DNA of 64,000 nt from Eutreptiella sp. 'Long Island Sound 2002' (lineage: Eukaryota; Protista; Euglenida), in contig OZ038378.1 of assembly GCA_964036045.1 (NCBI GenBank), positions 184,264,001 through 184,328,000 on the forward strand, in the 5' to 3' direction. The stretch's first letter is position 1. Each line of letters starts with the position of its first letter. The notes under the pieces were generated by a model. That model saw only the letters and a program-made list of their open reading frames with translations. It was not told the DNA's origin and searched no databases. This document shows positions 1-12,943 of the stretch, in pieces. The position numbers and the translations under genes are program-made.

Positions 1-3000
1 ACTGGTGTTCCTCCGACAGAATCACGCTTTGAGGCAAAAATAAGTTATGTTCATGCTTTCCATGGAGATAATCAACTCCATAAACCACCTGATATCCTTG
101 TTTGCAGCCACACTTCATGCTGCACTTTTTCGGAGGCCTTGCAATTGCGTCGTCGATGTTCTCACTCGTGGAATGTTTCGTACGTAGTGGTGTCCCAAAT
201 TGCAAGTCAAGATAACGATGTTTTTACATGATGCTTTCACACGGCTCCCCTTGGACTACAGTTACGTTACGTGGGTGGGGTGCCTACTCCACTCCGGGCC
301 GAGACCGTTGGGAGTTTTGGACGCTCTAGGTTGCAAGTTGGAGCAAAGAAAAGTCCAAAATGGTTGCAGATTGGGGGGGTTCTCAAGAATGATCTCCCGG
401 AGGAGCGAAAGTTCACCAACCCGACCTATGCCGTATTCTATTGATCGTTTGACTAAACTTTTTCTTGCATTTGGTCATTGTCATAAAATGGAGGGGTTGG
501 GCATATGACTACAAGGGCGTGACCACATCAAAATTCTTCATCGCCATGGAGACAACTTAACGGGGGGGGGGTGTCTTCGATACCATGTTTGGTGTGCAAA
601 GCGCGTCGATTATTATCGCTTGTGGGAAGGATAGTCTTGACTTGGGGGATTGTTTGGGCATCGAAAACGGTTTCTTTCATAGCACGTTGTGCGCGAAGCA
701 CCACCGTCCATGTGGGGTGCGACTCCTAGCCATGCCGGGGGGTATCGGATTCCGGCTGTGGTCGATGGGCTCTTCACCAACGGCTCCACCGGAAACGGCG
801 CCGTCCATCCCTCGGTTCGCAACGGTAGTCCCACTCTTGGAAACTTCTACGGTGGCCTTCCGGAATCTCCGTACGCCGCGAGCTTCGGAACCGTTGTTCA
901 TCCAATTGGCGGCTTCACCGGAAGTGTGTATAATGGTGCATCCTATCCCAACGGCACCTATGGCCCCACCTTGGCGCGTGGCATTGCGGATGTCAACGGT
1001 TATGCAATATCTGGATACACCGGTCCTCCGACGTACCACAATGGTGTTGTGGGTTCCGGTTCTCCCTTCGGCTCTAGTGGTATGGCTCCTCGTGCAACAA
1101 GATTAGTGGCGGAAACATGCGTTTAGTCATGGCGTTTTGGGGGCGTGGTTGGAGGTGGTATTTTTGATTGCTTGGTCACCACAGAAACCATGCCACGATT
1201 TGGCCACTCCCGTCTCGTCCACACTTGGTGGGATACTGGGGAAGGTCTTGTGTGGCTCCGTGTGCAATGAGTTGGTTGGGGAGGGGGAAAGCGCTAAGAG
1301 TTTTGCGCTACGAGCCCCTTGATCTTTGTGGTGCGATCCCTCTCAAAAAGAAGAGGATATCCTTGTGTAGTCGTGGGATAGTTTGTCAACTTCGAATCAA
1401 ACGACATGAACGCCACAAGTTAAATGAAGTGAATGACATGATCTTGATTCTTTTGGCACTGGCTGGAATAGTGTTTGTGTAAAGACACGCACCGCCGACC
1501 ATAAAATATGAAATGTTAAGTGCTTTACCTTTTTCTCGAAAAAGCATCGTATGAAAGTACTGTTCGTCGACTTGATGCTTTTTTTTAAAGTTGTTGAGCT
1601 TGTGCTCGTGTCGTTGCGCTGCAGTCAGTTGTAGACATGATCTTCGGTGCATGCTTGTGCACGGGGGCCGGATTTGTTTTCCCTCAAAGGCAAGCCACTA
1701 GGATTCCTAAAGGTTCCGTTCATACGTGCGCCAACTTCTCGTCAAAGCCCTCTCGTTGAATCGACGAATGCCGATGGGTAATCGACGAATGCCGATTGCC
1801 CGTCCCGGTCCATTTGAGTGTGGTAGGTCATGCTTGTGTCTTAGGTCAAGGCACCCCGTGGAGTTCTTCGAGTGTTGCAGAACAACAAAGATTAGCCCGT
1901 AGACAAACTGACCCTGAGCCGGTCGGGAGCCCGAACGCTCAATCGCGGTACGGGCGCCACCTGTCTGATCAACAAGTCGTGACGGCACAATTGTCGCGTG
2001 TGCGCCCCGCGGCCTTGGCGGCGCATCAAATCAAACATGATGCAACACCTTCACCGAGCAACAAGCGAGCAACATCTACGCGCATGCCATCGCCTGTGAC
2101 CCCATCCAACAAATCGAAACGTGACTCCACAACTCAATCATTACCGCGGCAAGATTCAATGAATGCACCACCAACTGTGCGATTGCAAGCCCCGCCTTCG
2201 CCTTCGGCCGCAACACGCCCAACTCGCACGAACCATTCCTCATCCGGAAAATTGAAGCCAAGAGAAGTACAATTGAATACGACCTCGGCTCCCTCAACCC
2301 CACACAAGGTGCAATACGATCCAACCTCCATCGCAATATCAAGGGACACTTCGCAACAGGATTCATCCTCCGCAGCATCAACTCAAACCAACGCGAAGGA
2401 GAATGTAGACGCGGAGGAAATGGCAACCTTCCCGTCACTGAGTGACATTCCATTCGTATCCGCCCGCGGTGACCTAGATTTTCAACGGGATTCTACAATG
2501 GATAGTGTGCTATCTCTTAGCAACATGCCGCATGTGGCCGTGTCGGCTCCAAGCCGCTCTTGCACTGACGACATAGGCGCAAGCCCCCTAATAACGACTA
2601 CCCCCGGGAGTCCGCCCAAGCTATCCGAAAGCACGCAAAGTAATGACCAAAGTATGTTGAATTCGTTGAAACCTTCATGATCGTGTTCATTCGTCATTGC
2701 GCGATTCGTACATAGCCTCGGTTTGGGTAGATGCATGATCACCCTTCCGAACAAACCATGCATGTTTTACTCCTTTGAAACGTGGATGGACGCGTCAACT
2801 AAAATTTCAAGGTATTCGTTCGTTGGTTAGCAACCCGAAATCCGCGCAGAGAGAGAGAGGGGGGGAGGGAAGGAGGGAGGGAGGGAGGGAGGGAGGGAGG
2901 GAGAGACGAAACTCACAAACGGAGAAGATCGTGGACACGGTAAGGCGATAGAGAGATCAACGGAGACGTGCTTCATGGCACAACGGCGACATGCAAAACT

Positions 3001-5576
3001 AGCAGAAAAGTTTTGTGAAGCAAGTGATGAACAGAGCGGAACCTCTGAAGGCGGGCCCCCGGTCCGACTGGGGTCGGAAGCGGGGGGTTGCGTTGCCAGG
3101 GCCACGGGGCCAGAGCGTGACCTTTGGCCCGCCGCGTGGGTAGCGGCTGTGCGCGGGGAAGCGGCGAGGGGCGTTGATCAGTCGGAGGGGGCGGAACCAA
3201 ATTTTACGACGGAGACGGTAACGGAGCCGGTGAGATAAAACGCAGACAAAGACGGAGAACACATTTTGTGCCTCGTCATTGCATGGAATACTACACATGC
3301 TTCATCCTTCACATTGGACCCAAATCCGAAACCCAAGCTACACCTCCATGAAACCCCGACCTCGTGGTGTGGTGTGCCCAGGAGATTGGACCAGAAGGAG
3401 TAGTGGCGTGTCTTTCGATGCCGACCGTTTGTCCACAGGTATGTCTGCCCACGGCATAGCACAGCACAGCAAAGCGCTGCACAGCAAATTGTGGCATAGC
3501 AACATAGCAACAACGTCTCCTGCCCTTTGTGCATTGCTGCGCCTACGTGTGTAGGAGATGCAACAGGAAGCCGACGGTCCTCATTGTCGGGACGCGTGTC
3601 GTTTGAGCGTATGTCCGGCTGTCGCTCTGCTACCTGCCTCAAACCGCATGAGCCTGCCGTCTCCACATCCTGCGGATTACAGGAAATCAATCGGTGCAGA
3701 GCATTGCAGTCAGATCACCATCGCAACCACAGAGAATGGGCTGCTGCCCCCATAAGTGGTGCCAACCCCCACCCCCCCTCAGCGCGGAGTCCCTCATTCT
3801 CACCCATGAGCCGATGACGCTTCCTCAATCCCAGGTCATTACTTCTGAACCATCACCGGGACCCCCCCCCCCTTGAGACTCCACGACGGCGAAGCGACTC
3901 GCAGATGGGAAACAAGAGGAGTGTGTTGGGCGGTAAGGCATGCAGAAGGGACACTGTTCTATCCAATTATCATCCCTCCACGCACTGTAGACCTTCAAGA
4001 CATAAACATGCGCAAAGATCTAAGATCCAGAAACATGCGCCAGGAACCACCATGCAGGTGGGGCATTCAGATTAGACCCCCCCCCCGGGTTCCCGAATGA
4101 GCCCGAACCCTTGGCTCGAATCAGTGGATTTCTGACAGCCGTACAATTTCATGAGGTTCTTGTGTTGCCTGTGTCCACCTTTTCTAAGCAGACAATTCTT
4201 ACGGAAAAGTGCGCTGCTTGTGGCACCAAGGTGTCAGTCACCGTTGAGTTCAATCATGGACCTTGATGCACAGTTTGAGGAACAACACCCTGGCATTGCA
4301 ACAAGGGCTCTTGTGTTCACTGAGTGTGCGGTAATTCAACCATCTGTGGTTTGTGCAACGACAGCTGCAACCACATGACCCAAGAGGCGCAAAGTGACAT
4401 AACGCCAACGGTCAGGATGATGATCATGATCCTGACGAGAGGTGGCGCATGCTCCTTGACCACAGCCGTTGAGCCCCACGTGAAACTCTATGGTTGTGTT
4501 GACGTTTCCTTCTTCCGAGAGACCAAGACAGGTGCCCTATGGTGACCAGTGGGCACGTCTTTGTTTGTGCTGCTTTCGCGTTTTCTGGCGCTGCGCGTGT
4601 CTGCCTGCAAGTCACTGTGTTGTCGTTGTGGGCGGTGTAGTAGCCATTCTACATAGCTCCACGTGTCCTCTGGTTCAGAAGTTGACAGCGAAAGTAGTGA
4701 CGGGTCACGGCCTCAATCCCCATGGCGACAGAGTCCAGGTGTGCCCCCTTGCACAGCCGCTTTGCTGGTTTTTGGGGGGAGGGAGCAAACGTGGTGGGAT
4801 GGGATGGGGAGAGGAACAACGAAATTGAAGTGAAATAGACATCCCATGGGAAGGAGGAGACGCGAGCAGCCTCTCTTGGTTCCCTTCCCGTTCCCAAAAA
4901 CACATCACGGACCATTCGAGACTGGACCACCAAACCAACCAACCAAAGCTGTACCTGTCCAATTTGCAGTGGTGGCGGTCAACGAATGGTTCAGCCTGAA
5001 AGCCGTCTGCATCCAAAATGCCTCCGCTGGGTTGGATTGCCTAACCCAGAGGACGGCATCCCATCGGTCGCCCTCTTGCTGGCACCTCCCGTCCTCCCCG
5101 CTGGTGGTGTAGTGCCCCGCCACCTCTTTGGCACCTTCTGTGTCAAGTCTTCCGTCCGGCCCTACCTTCGACTGGTGCGTGGCTACCGCAAAATGCAAAT
5201 CCTCGCATGGGGGGGCAGGCGGGTGGGACAGGAGGGGTTGCATGACAAGGGCACCCAGGAGCGCCAGCAGACAGGGGGAGGAGCAACACAGACACACAGA
5301 ACGCGGGAGCCACACCAGGAGGGACAAGGGCGAGCACAGCACACAAGGAGGAGGGGCACAGCAAGGCAGGAGAGGCAACCAGAACAGCGGGAACAGGGAA
5401 CCAGAATGGAGCGGATGGGAGAGCGTGCGCATGGGAGGCAGCGACAATAAAGGGGATGGCTTGGCGAGTCAGCCCCGTCGCTACCGGGTGCCACGGCAAC
5501 CCCTGCTCAACCGGCATCAGGTGGGGGTGTCTCCCGCAGCCCAGATGAGCTGTTTGCGCAACAGGAGCGGGAGCCC

Positions 5577-6005
5577 ATCAGGGGCAGACCAGCCGTGAGG
5601 GGGAAAAGGACATATGGTGGACGGCAGGGACAGCACGTGGAGGAACAGGGCACCTGGGCCTCACGCACACAGAAACACAGCGAGGCAGACTACGGACGGC
5701 CTGTGGACAGAGGCGTGTGGACAGCAAAAACAGTCAAACGACCCCGCCAACAACCAGCACATCCTCAATACGCCAATTATTGGGCGCCGCTGACGCGCAA
5801 ACGGCACACCATGCCACATTCAGCACAGCCCCAACACACTAACTACTGGGCTCCGCGAACACGGAAACGCCACCAGCAAGAGCACCGGCCGCAGCGGCCG
5901 ACAGAAAGCAGCAACCCGACGCAACATGCGAAGGGAAGAACGGGTGACTGTCCAGGGCCCTGTAGAGGAGCAACAACCGGACGGAATGTCACACAGGGGG
6001 GAGGG
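5577..6005 (+). repeat. Interspersed repeat-like element with an internal duplication (AATTATTGGGCGCCG / AACTACTGGGCTCCG)
   Basis: Internal direct repeat, followed by a (CA)n tract; only one copy in this window, so family status is from recollection. Confidence 0.4.
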
Positions 6006-6043
6006 GGGCAATTACACTACATGACACACACGGGGCACGCACG

Positions 6044-6047
<4 letters not shown>

Positions 6048-6100
<53 letters not shown>
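6048..6100. repeat. (CA)n microsatellite
   Basis: Direct reading. Confidence 0.98.
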
Positions 6101-6101
<1 letters not shown>

Positions 6102-7626
6102 GCTGCCTCTCGCGACGCACGCCGAGCGGCATGCGTTTGTGGTTGGCACAGGCTGTCGGCATGGTGGTGGCAGTTGTGGGTACCACTGCCGGTTTATGCT
6201 GGGGGCTCTGGGGCAATGATGGATCGATGTATCACACGCGCTTGTACATCACCACCCTTCAAAACCGTTTCCTGTGTCATGATGCAGCAGTCGCCGAAGG
6301 GGATTGAAAAGCAGTCGTGAATATCCAATCGTACGTCAAGGTTTCAGGGGGGATCCGTAGGGATTGTTAAGAGAGGACACCAGGAGTTGATGAGAATACT
6401 GGGTGATGCTTGCTGTGGTCCAAGTGCCCTTCCACAACCCTCGAATCCCCGACGCAATCGACTTCCCCCTGTGTCTGATAGGTCGCTTCGACTCGATGAT
6501 GTCCAGGCGCTTTTCTGTTGGAGGTTCGTGCACGATTGCAGCGCTCTGATGCTTACCGACGCCAATCCCTGTGCACGTGCCCTAAGGGAAGGGAGGTTGG
6601 GGTAGAATGGCACGGGAGGGGGTGCTCCAGAAGGTGTTGTATGCACTTGAGTAGTGGCAGGGCGATTGTAGTACAGGCATTGGACGGCATGAAAGAGGGT
6701 TCGTACGAAGCCTGCAGTTGACTGTGACACGATACATGCCACTGGTTCTACAGAAATGTTGACGGAGACGTTTGTTGTACCCATTGAGCATCCCGGATCA
6801 TCTCACCACTCCGACAGTTCACGATTTTATCCTGCAGAGCTGACTCACAGCTCCCTCACAGCCCTGATAGGTTTTTACGAGCATCGTCCGGTGCGGATAT
6901 TTTGGAGTTCCAATTTCACTTTGTCGGCAGCCTCACCGACATCAGATACCATTTGAACATTTGAACATGAACGCGACATTACGTTCTGTTTGTGCAGGCT
7001 CCATCCTTCCCAATCCTCATCAGTTTTGCAGAGTGGGCGGATGTTCAGGTGAGGCCACTGTGGCCAGTGAGCCTGCCATTAGGCCTGTCAGTGCAAAACA
7101 ACAAAAAAATCTGCCCCACCAACAAATCGTCCTTCAGTCTTCCTAGTCAAACAATCGTTGTCACTTAGCGTGCGAGGGAACTTGAATGTGGCTAGCATGC
7201 CCTCATGCTGTGACCTGTTTCTGTTTTCATGCACTGCTTGACGGCACAGCATTGCAACAAGTGGCATTTTTGTAGGCCCTAGACACAACGGCAGGGAACA
7301 ACAGCCGCAGGGAGATTTGGTGGGAGCCCCTGTCCCCTCTTGTACATCAGATGCAGATGGAAATTCGCTCATGAACTCCTTCGTCAAATCGAAAGACTCC
7401 ATGGACGACGTGACACCACTCTCTTCTCGTGCGGGTATCAACTCTGGGCTGGGGTGATGGTAAAGGAGACCCATGGGACCACTGTTGTGCTCCCTGGCCA
7501 AATCTGCTATGTCATCAGGCGATTGGTTTCTTCGTTCGTTGGTCTTAATCTCTGTTGAGCAGCACCTCCCAGGCACATGGACCAATGAGGCACCGCAGTG
7601 ATGAGCCCTATATCTCTTTCTCTGGC

Positions 7627-7650
7627 CACACACACACACACACACACACA
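7627..7650. repeat. (CA)n microsatellite
   Basis: Direct reading. Confidence 0.95.
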
Positions 7651-8349
7651 TACATATTGTCTCTATTAACCCTGATCCATGCTGCTAGGCCTGAATATGA
7701 TGCCCCCCATCCTCAGGAGGCACATGCTGGGAACGGCGAGAAGCGCACACCAGGAACAGCGGGACGAGGTGGCTGAGAACGGCCACCGGCAAAAGCCAGG
7801 ACAGGCCCAGAGCCCCGGCCGGGAATGGAGCGGGAAACACAAGCCGGAAACGGCAAACCCACAGAGGGGGTTGACACCACCAGAGCCCGCATGCCACAGC
7901 CACATAAAAATTGGACGAGGGGGCACTCAGGAGGGAGGGGTGTGGATGCGCGACACAGTGTGGTGATCATATGATTCCGCTGGCCTCAGGTCCTTACATC
8001 CAGCCTCAGGTTTCAGAGGTTCAGTGGCCCACAGGGCTGGGCCGCGGCTGGGGGTCCCCTCTGTCCCTTGGTATCTCAAGGGCGCCAGAAAGCGATACCG
8101 CAGCCGGCATGGCGGCAGCACCTTGCATACTACTGCCGAGCTGCCCCCCTGCATTAGTTGCACCACTGGCCTCAGTGCAGGGTCGGGGGACGGGGCGGGG
8201 TTGCGAGATGGAAGTCATCCCCCTTCATTTGGAAGCTTTTTATGGCAGTGTGGCACGCACACACCAGCACATGAAACAGAGCAGAGCCTCGTCAGTGGCT
8301 GTCAACAAAGCACAGGCACCTGTCGGACACAAAACAAGAGTTGTGCAAC

Positions 8350-8720
8350 ACAGAGACACAGGGAAGTACTTCAACACATGCAATACAAGGACAGTGTGAA
8401 GTAGGCAAAGGCCCGCAACAAAAGGACACAACAAAAGTAGGTTGAGGCATGCCACACTAGGGCCCCTGGAAGTAGGCAGATGTTCACAATACCATGACGC
8501 ACTGAATGAGGTAGACGCGCAACAGAAGGACACAAGGGAAGTATGTAGAGGCGTGCAATAGAAGGAGATGGTCGAAGTAGGTGGAGCGTTGCAACAAAAG
8601 GTCACCAAAAGGACATAGGGCAGGAGGCCAAGGGTTGCAAGGGAAGGCCAGTAGGAAAGTGGTCAAGGCTTGCAATAGCAAAAGCCAGGGGAGGTAGACA
8701 CATTGCAACACAATGATAAA
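8350..8720. repeat. Degenerate ~35-bp tandem repeat (GAAGTAG...GCAACAAAAGG)
   Basis: GAAGTA recurs at 34-37 bp spacing. Confidence 0.55.
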
Positions 8721-9789
8721 AGGAAATAGGTAGAGGGATTCTACTTTCAAGAAATGTGTCCAAACAGCTAGTGATGAGGTTGATATTGGAGGGCAGGGTG
8801 AGCTGCCCATGATGCACATGCATGCCCATCCCCATAGGCGAGCCCATTTAGTGTCAATGTGCACGGGTTTAAGCCACATGCTAAGATTTGCCATGCTGAG
8901 TGAGCTCATGTTTATCTGTGGGAGGGGGGGGGTTTTGATAAATGGGATCTCATGAGGGGGTTTGGAACCCCCCGCCATGTTTTAAACTGCTGTGTGTGGG
9001 GGTTTACGGGCATTTGGCGACACAACCCCCCCCCGGCCCCTTCTAAATCATGTCTATTGAGGCAAACTTTTTGATCCCCATTCAGGGGACCTGAGACATT
9101 GGGGATGCCTGATTCATGCCCATCTTGAGGAACCCACGATGGGAGGGTTATGTAGCCCTTGACATCCCTCCCCGCTCCAGGGACCCTTGAGACGGCAAGG
9201 GTTGTGTAGCCACTGAGTGGTTTAATTCCTCCCTGCTTTGGGCATGTCTAGTCACATGATTACACATGCTTGCCAAAGCTTGCCAAAGCCACCGCCACTC
9301 CATAGAACAAACACAAGTGTGTTGCTGCACAGCCTCTTTAGGCTGTGCACTAGTATGCCAAGCTTGCATATGGTTCTACATGCTACTGAGGATAGTATGG
9401 CCCTTTGCACAGAGGTACTCAATGTCCCCGATGGGAACACCGAACGACCTTCTACATCCATTCTGGCATCAGGAAATAGCACATGCCAACATATGAAGTC
9501 ACACTTTCCTTTGGGTGTGGGTTTCCAATAAACAAAATGTGCACAACTATGGAAAACATTTGTTGCCTTTGATGGTGGGTCGCTTTTGGTGAGGATTGAG
9601 GCACCTTTGATTGTTGCGACAACCATCGCAACCTAGCTGGGTGCACTGCGCCGCAGCAAACGGGTTCACCAAGGAGGGGTTGTAGCCAGTGAAAGTGCAA
9701 ACAAAACAAGCATGAGTGGAAGGCTTGGAATGCACATAAAATGGCAACATGAGAAAATGACTGCACAATCAATGCCGTTTCACGAGCTC

Positions 9790-10195
9790 AAAATCAGCAA
9801 AAGTGGCTATGTAACCTTTGCAATCTAAGGCGTCCCCAAAGCGGTGAGTCAAAAGTGGCTACATAACCCATGATGTTTTGGGGTTCCCAAGATGGGGAGG
9901 AATCAAAAGTGGCCTCGTAACACCTACCGTCTCATGGTTGCGAGAGCGGGAAGGGATGCAAACGACTACGTGACCCTTATCATCTTGTGGTTACCCCGTG
10001 TTGTCTCAAGGGTCCCCAAGATAGGGGGTGAATTGTAACCCTTGTTGCCTTGGGGATCCCCCATATGGGGAGTTCTTTAAATGGCTACATAGCCCTTGTT
10101 GTCTCGGGGTCCCCAATATGGGGAGGGATCAAAATGGCAAAATAACCCCACCTCAGGGTCCCCAAGAATCAAAAAAGCTACACAACCCCGGCAGC
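9790..10195. repeat. Degenerate ~50-55-bp minisatellite (AAAAGTGGCTACATAACCC...GGGGTCCCCAA)
   Basis: Roughly seven to eight recognisable units. Confidence 0.75.
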
Positions 10196-12408
10196 TTGAC
10201 TGGCAAAAGGGGGAGGTTGTAGGCGAAGGCGGCTTGCATGGTGAGGGAGAACCTTGTGGTTTGTGTGGATGCACTATAGGATTTTGTAGATGATGAAGAG
10301 TTTTGTTAACATGGTTCACATCACATGCCCATTTGGATTGTAGTCAAGCCTACCATTGCGGCACGCAAACAAGAATATGTTCCCGGTGTATGTCACAATC
10401 TTGGGTGCAATGCAACCCCATGGGTTCCCAATATCCACCACCCCCCCCCCCCCCCCGGCACATTGCCATCCCATGGTTTGCTAACAATATGGGGACTCTA
10501 GCACCCATGGGGACCCACATAGTGGCTTGGGGCTCATGAATGAAGCCCATGCCATGGCCCCGAAAGTGCTGTTTTTGGGGGTGTTTAGTGCAGTGGTTCA
10601 AGCTGAAAATTGTTTAGAATTTGCTTTTGTTTGAGAACTTGTCCGTTGTTTCTGAGTGTTTTTTGGTGTTCCTTTGGTGACGCCATGGGTACTAGAGCAC
10701 CCATGGGGATCCATGCAGTGGCCGCTAGGCCCATGTAGCCTGGGCCATGGGCCCCAAAATCGCTGTTTCTTTGGCCGTATAGTGGCACTAGAATTTTTAG
10801 GCAATTTGGCTTTTTAGATGCATTGTGGCCCCTTGGATGTCTTTTGGATTGTTGGTTCGCTTCAAGGTGAAGCAAGTTGAGTACTGCTACTTGCTATGTC
10901 TACTCCCCGTTCCATGGTGCCGACCTGGAATCTGCCTGTTGCTATATCTACTTCCCCATTTTACATGGAGCTACGCTAGGAGCAGAGGGCACACAGGCTG
11001 GTTCCCTTGTCGGTGCACAAAGACCATGAGCATAAACAAATGTATGAGTGGCAAGAGTTTTTTGGGTATCCAGGCTATAGCACGTGGAAAGGAGAAGCTT
11101 GAAGGGGCAGCCACAAACACCCATGGTCAAAGACGCCCCTGGCGGTTTATTCCCATGCCCTATGTGTGAGAAGCATGGGGCAGTCAAAACAAGCTACATT
11201 GGACGAATCTTGTAAAACCTGAAAAATTCATAATTTGGACCTAAATTGTCGGATTTTGACAACTCAAGTTATATTCTAGGATAGTTTCCTTTATGCAATA
11301 TTCAGATTTCACCCAAAAATCTTGCTCAAGTGCTGCCAAATCGACAATTTTTCCGACAGGCGACAGGCTTGCGCATCTACGCCAAAAATCAATTCAACAA
11401 CATTTTAGAGATTTTAAATGGCTTTACATTCATGCTGTCAAATCAATTTTTCATGGTAAAAATCGTAGTTTGTAGTACACTCTAGTGACACAAGCAATCA
11501 TGATAGTTCTACATCATCTGAAGATGGTGGTAGCTTCAGTTCATCTTCTGATGATGGTGTGGAAGTGGTACCTTGAAAGAAAAAAGAAATCGTGAAGGGA
11601 AAGGGGAAGGCCAGAGTACCATCCAGCAAACAGCCCTTTACCAGCCCAATAGGTACATGCGTCAAAATACCTGCACAATTGTGTGGCCCCTGGCACATCC
11701 AAGCAACCTGTTGCACAACAACAATCTGCATTCAATAGGCTCACGCGCACCTCCGTATGCCCCTATAGGGGAGGGGGGTCTCTCAAATATCGGATAACAT
11801 ACTTAAAACCCCCTCCAGACCAAAATTCGAAAACCGGGGGGGGCGTTGGGGGGGCTCAAGGGGGGGGTTTTCGCTGCGTGAGGGTATCGTTGGGGGGAGG
11901 GGGGTGACCCTTCCCTGGCCCCCTGTGGTTTGCCACCCAGATTTTTGAAAAAATATTCCTGCATGCTGGCGTGTGTATGCAAAACAAAGAGTGTTGGGCA
12001 TCTCCGAATACGCACTGGAAACCTCAAGCGGTGGGTGTCCCGAGCAGTCATTGTTACAGGTACATCATAGGGTTAGAGGTACATCATCGGGTGAGAGGTA
12101 CAATATACTCCACTTGATTGTGGAAAAGAGGAGGGGTCATATCATTGTCCATGCCAAATTGAGGTGAACATTGGGCACTAAGAATATTGCCCCTTCCATG
12201 GTTGGGGAGGGGGAGTGAAAGCTTACGTAGCTTGGAGTGGTGGCCTTGGACCACACAGTGCTAAGCTACATAGCACTCAGCCTCGCGAAGCCAACAACTC
12301 AACAACCGGGGAAAAGGACACGCTCGTGTGAGTGCCACCTGTAGGGGCTTTGTGGCACACATGCAAAGAAGAGGGTAACCAATTGTAAAGGCCACTCATG
12401 GGAACTCT

Positions 12409-12434
12409 CACACACACACACACACACACACACA
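12409..12434. repeat. (CA)n microsatellite
   Basis: Direct reading. Confidence 0.95.
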
Positions 12435-12876
12435 TAAAGGTGCCATGGCGTTGGCTCTGATGTCTTGTGCATGCATTGTTTTTTTTTTAGAGAGGTGGTG
12501 TGTGTTAGTGAATACTTCACAGAGTATATCTAGAGGTGGCACGGTGGGGATGTGGCTTTGGACTCAGGGTGGGGGTTGGGAGGTGGGGACACAACTCCCT
12601 TACCAACCAACAAGTGCAGCTTGTTTGTCGTTGAGAGCACAGACAACATCCTTGCGCAGAATGATGTAAGCAAACAAGCAAATTACGTGACTCGCATGTA
12701 CGGCTGTCAGATCTCCGTATTTCATGGCGATACACACATACACACACGCACACACACACACACACACAGGAAAGGCCGCACGGAGCGAAGTCCAAACATT
12801 GCTGCAGTGCGAACAATGCTGTAGAGAGGTGATGTATGTTAGCGAACGCTATGGAGTTTGTTGAAATGATTGGGCG

Positions 12877-12877
<1 letters not shown>

Positions 12878-12941
<64 letters not shown>
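12878..12941. repeat. (CA)n microsatellite
   Basis: Direct reading. Confidence 0.98.

Positions 12942-12943
<2 letters not shown>

Noticed and set aside
6336-7651. Possible decayed retroelement or restriction-like endonuclease (HEPPTEKRLDII) on the minus strand
   Set aside because: Only a few residues resemble the motif; the frames are broken and no RT motifs are nearby.
8350-10195. CRISPR-like periodicity in the 35-bp and 55-bp repeats
   Set aside because: Units are degenerate and contiguous, with no identical repeats separated by unique spacers and no cas genes; eukaryotic context.
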